Source of the DNA: Gammaproteobacteria bacterium
GTDB lineage: Bacteria > Pseudomonadota > Gammaproteobacteria > Ga0077536
Reading direction: 5' to 3'
Assembly: GCA_016874535.1 (NCBI GenBank)
Contig: VGUA01000004.1
Location: 249-64,248, forward strand
DNA length: 64,000 nucleotides
Shown: positions 62,703 to 64,000 of the stretch, piece by piece
Numbering within the stretch: position 1 is the first letter of the stretch
Layout: every line of letters begins with the position of its first letter
Notes under the pieces: generated by a model
Database searches by the model: none
Seen by the model: the letters and a program-made list of their open reading frames with translations, nothing else
Told to the model about the DNA's origin: nothing
Translations under genes and position numbers: made by a program

Positions 62703-64000
62703 CTACTCCGCAGAGTCGCGCGACTTCTCGACCTTGGCAACCATCGTGGGTTTGTTATCGGCCTCTGGTGTTCCCAAGGTATCCATTCTCGCGATAAGCG
62801 GGGCTGCCTGCTGCTTGAAGTCGGCCAGATACCTGGTGTCCAAGGGAAGGGCATTGGGCAGCTTCACCGTCATCGGGTCGCGATGTACACCATTGACAAG
62901 AAATTCGTAGTGAAGATGTGGGCCGGTTGCAAGGCCGGTGCGGCCCACGTAGCCAATGGTCTGACCCTGGCTTACCGTCTGGCCGTTACGGATACCGCGG
63001 GCAAAATTGGTCATATGACCGTAGAGCGTGCTGTATGCGGAGCCGTGCTTGAGCTGGACGACATTGCCGTAGCCGCCCTTCCACCCAGCGAAGATGACCT
63101 TGCCATCCGCGACTGCCTGGATGGGGGTGCCGGTAGGCGCCGAGTAGTCGACACCTTTGTGTGCGCGCACCCGGTTGAGGATCGGATGTTTGCGCGCAAG
63201 ACTGAAGCGCGAACTGATGCGGGTGAAATTCACGGGCGTGCGTAGGAACGCCTTGCGCATGGCCTCACCCTTGTCCGAGTAGTAGCCGGCAATCCCATCG
63301 GTGTGTTCGTAGTAGATGGCACGGAGCCGCTTGCCCTTGTTGATGAACTCCGCGGCGAGGATCTTGCCGCTGGTGATCTTCATCCCGTCCTTGTAGATCT
63401 CCTCGAATACCACGCTGAACTGGTCGCCGCGCTGCAGATCGCGCAGGAAATCGACATCCCAGCCGAACACGCCGATGAATTCCATGATTGTCTTGTCGCT
63501 GAGACCGGCACGTTGCCCATCTATGAACAGTGAGTGCGTGATCTCGGCGACGGCAGAGGCTTGCCTGATTTCCGGCTTTTCTTCTATCCACTCGGCCTTG
63601 AACGTGTCTCCATCGCGGGAGAACCTGACTGACGTGAGGAAATCCTGTTCGAACACGATTTCCTGGACTGCGGGGCCATCCAGCCTGAAACGAAGAACCT
63701 GGCCGGGCGCGAGGCGGGTCATGGCCGACCTGGCTTCCTTGCTGATGCCGAGAATTGACTCCAGATCTTGTCTGCTCGCTCCAATGCGGTTGAACATCAG
63801 GGACAGGTTGTCCCCGGGAGCCACCGTGACATTGCGCCAGGCAGAATCAGGATAGTCTTCGTCTGATTGCGAAATGGAGTCCGCAGCGGATGCCAGATTC
63901 TTGTCCACCCTTGGCTCGAAGGGGAGCCGGGCTTGCGGGGTCGCCTCGGGGAGACGTCGTTGGGGGCGAGCTTGCGCATTCGCGCTGGAGCCGATTCGCT
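62703..64000 (-). CDS. mepM: M23-family peptidoglycan DD-endopeptidase with OapA/LysM-like N-domain (MepM/YebA-like); 5' end beyond window
   Basis: HKGVDYSAPTGTPIQAVADG and GRTGLATGPHLHYEF (M23 zinc ligands). The frame stays open from the track GTG 63908 up to pos 64000, so the true start probably lies outside the window. Confidence 0.85.
   Translation of the reverse strand, partial: RIGSSANAQARPQRRLPEATPQARLPFEPRVDKNLASAADSISQSDEDYPDSAWRNVTVAPGDNLSLMFNRIGASRQDLESILGISKEARSAMTRLAPGQVLRFRLDGPAVQEIVFEQDFLTSVRFSRDGDTFKAEWIEEKPEIRQASAVAEITHSLFIDGQRAGLSDKTIMEFIGVFGWDVDFLRDLQRGDQFSVVFEEIYKDGMKITSGKILAAEFINKGKRLRAIYYEHTDGIAGYYSDKGEAMRKAFLRTPVNFTRISSRFSLARKHPILNRVRAHKGVDYSAPTGTPIQAVADGKVIFAGWKGGYGNVVQLKHGSAYSTLYGHMTNFARGIRNGQTVSQGQTIGYVGRTGLATGPHLHYEFLVNGVHRDPMTVKLPNALPLDTRYLADFKQQAAPLIARMDTLGTPEADNKPTMVAKVEKSRDSAE

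Overview
The window is a visibly GC-rich, gammaproteobacterial-type chromosomal segment (third codon positions are mostly G/C). It is very compact: about 65 protein genes, many 4-nt ATGA overlaps, and convergent gene ends often less than 15 bp apart. Almost all of it is housekeeping synteny, in this order:
- pfk (partial) and bepA
- a redox block: Prx5-Grx hybrid peroxiredoxin, divergent oxyR, pirin
- SDR, crotonase and BKACE
- two paralogous small secreted Cys proteins flanking a DUF4124 gene
- argD and tsaC; ybbN; ybbP-ybbA divergent from tesA-nudix-hinT; trxA-rho; lptM-lysA
- glnA-ntrB-ntrC
- glyQ-glyS-gmhB-plsC-hemB
- a gldA/F/G-like ABC module plus DUF4340
- the origin-proximal block mnmG-rsmG-parA-parB-atpIBEFHAGDC-glmU
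- rraA and a nitrilase-family gene
- PepSY with phoP-like and phoQ-like genes, then orphan fabA
- hemL-thiE-thiD; rubredoxin convergent with hemJ; bactofilin-erpA; anmK and a mepM-like gene (partial)

I saw no rRNA, tRNA, CRISPR array, transposase or integrase, and no recognisable defence system. I did not find a convincing brand-new multi-gene system.

The items most worth a second look:
1. A rubredoxin ORF has no stop codon and reads antisense through hemJ.
2. A low-GC patch creates a chimeric signal-peptide/dehydratase-remnant ORF behind a perfect CRP-type palindrome.
3. The 5' end of pfk shows an apparent out-of-frame deletion.
4. The two small Cys-motif proteins around DUF4124 are paralogues, and one is translationally coupled to a BKACE enzyme.
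5. The translationally coupled GldAFG-like ABC plus DUF4340 module has no known function.
6. A PhoP-box-like promoter sits in front of the PepSY-phoPQ-like operon.

All coordinates were derived by hand from the sequence and the ORF track. Start codons are best guesses.
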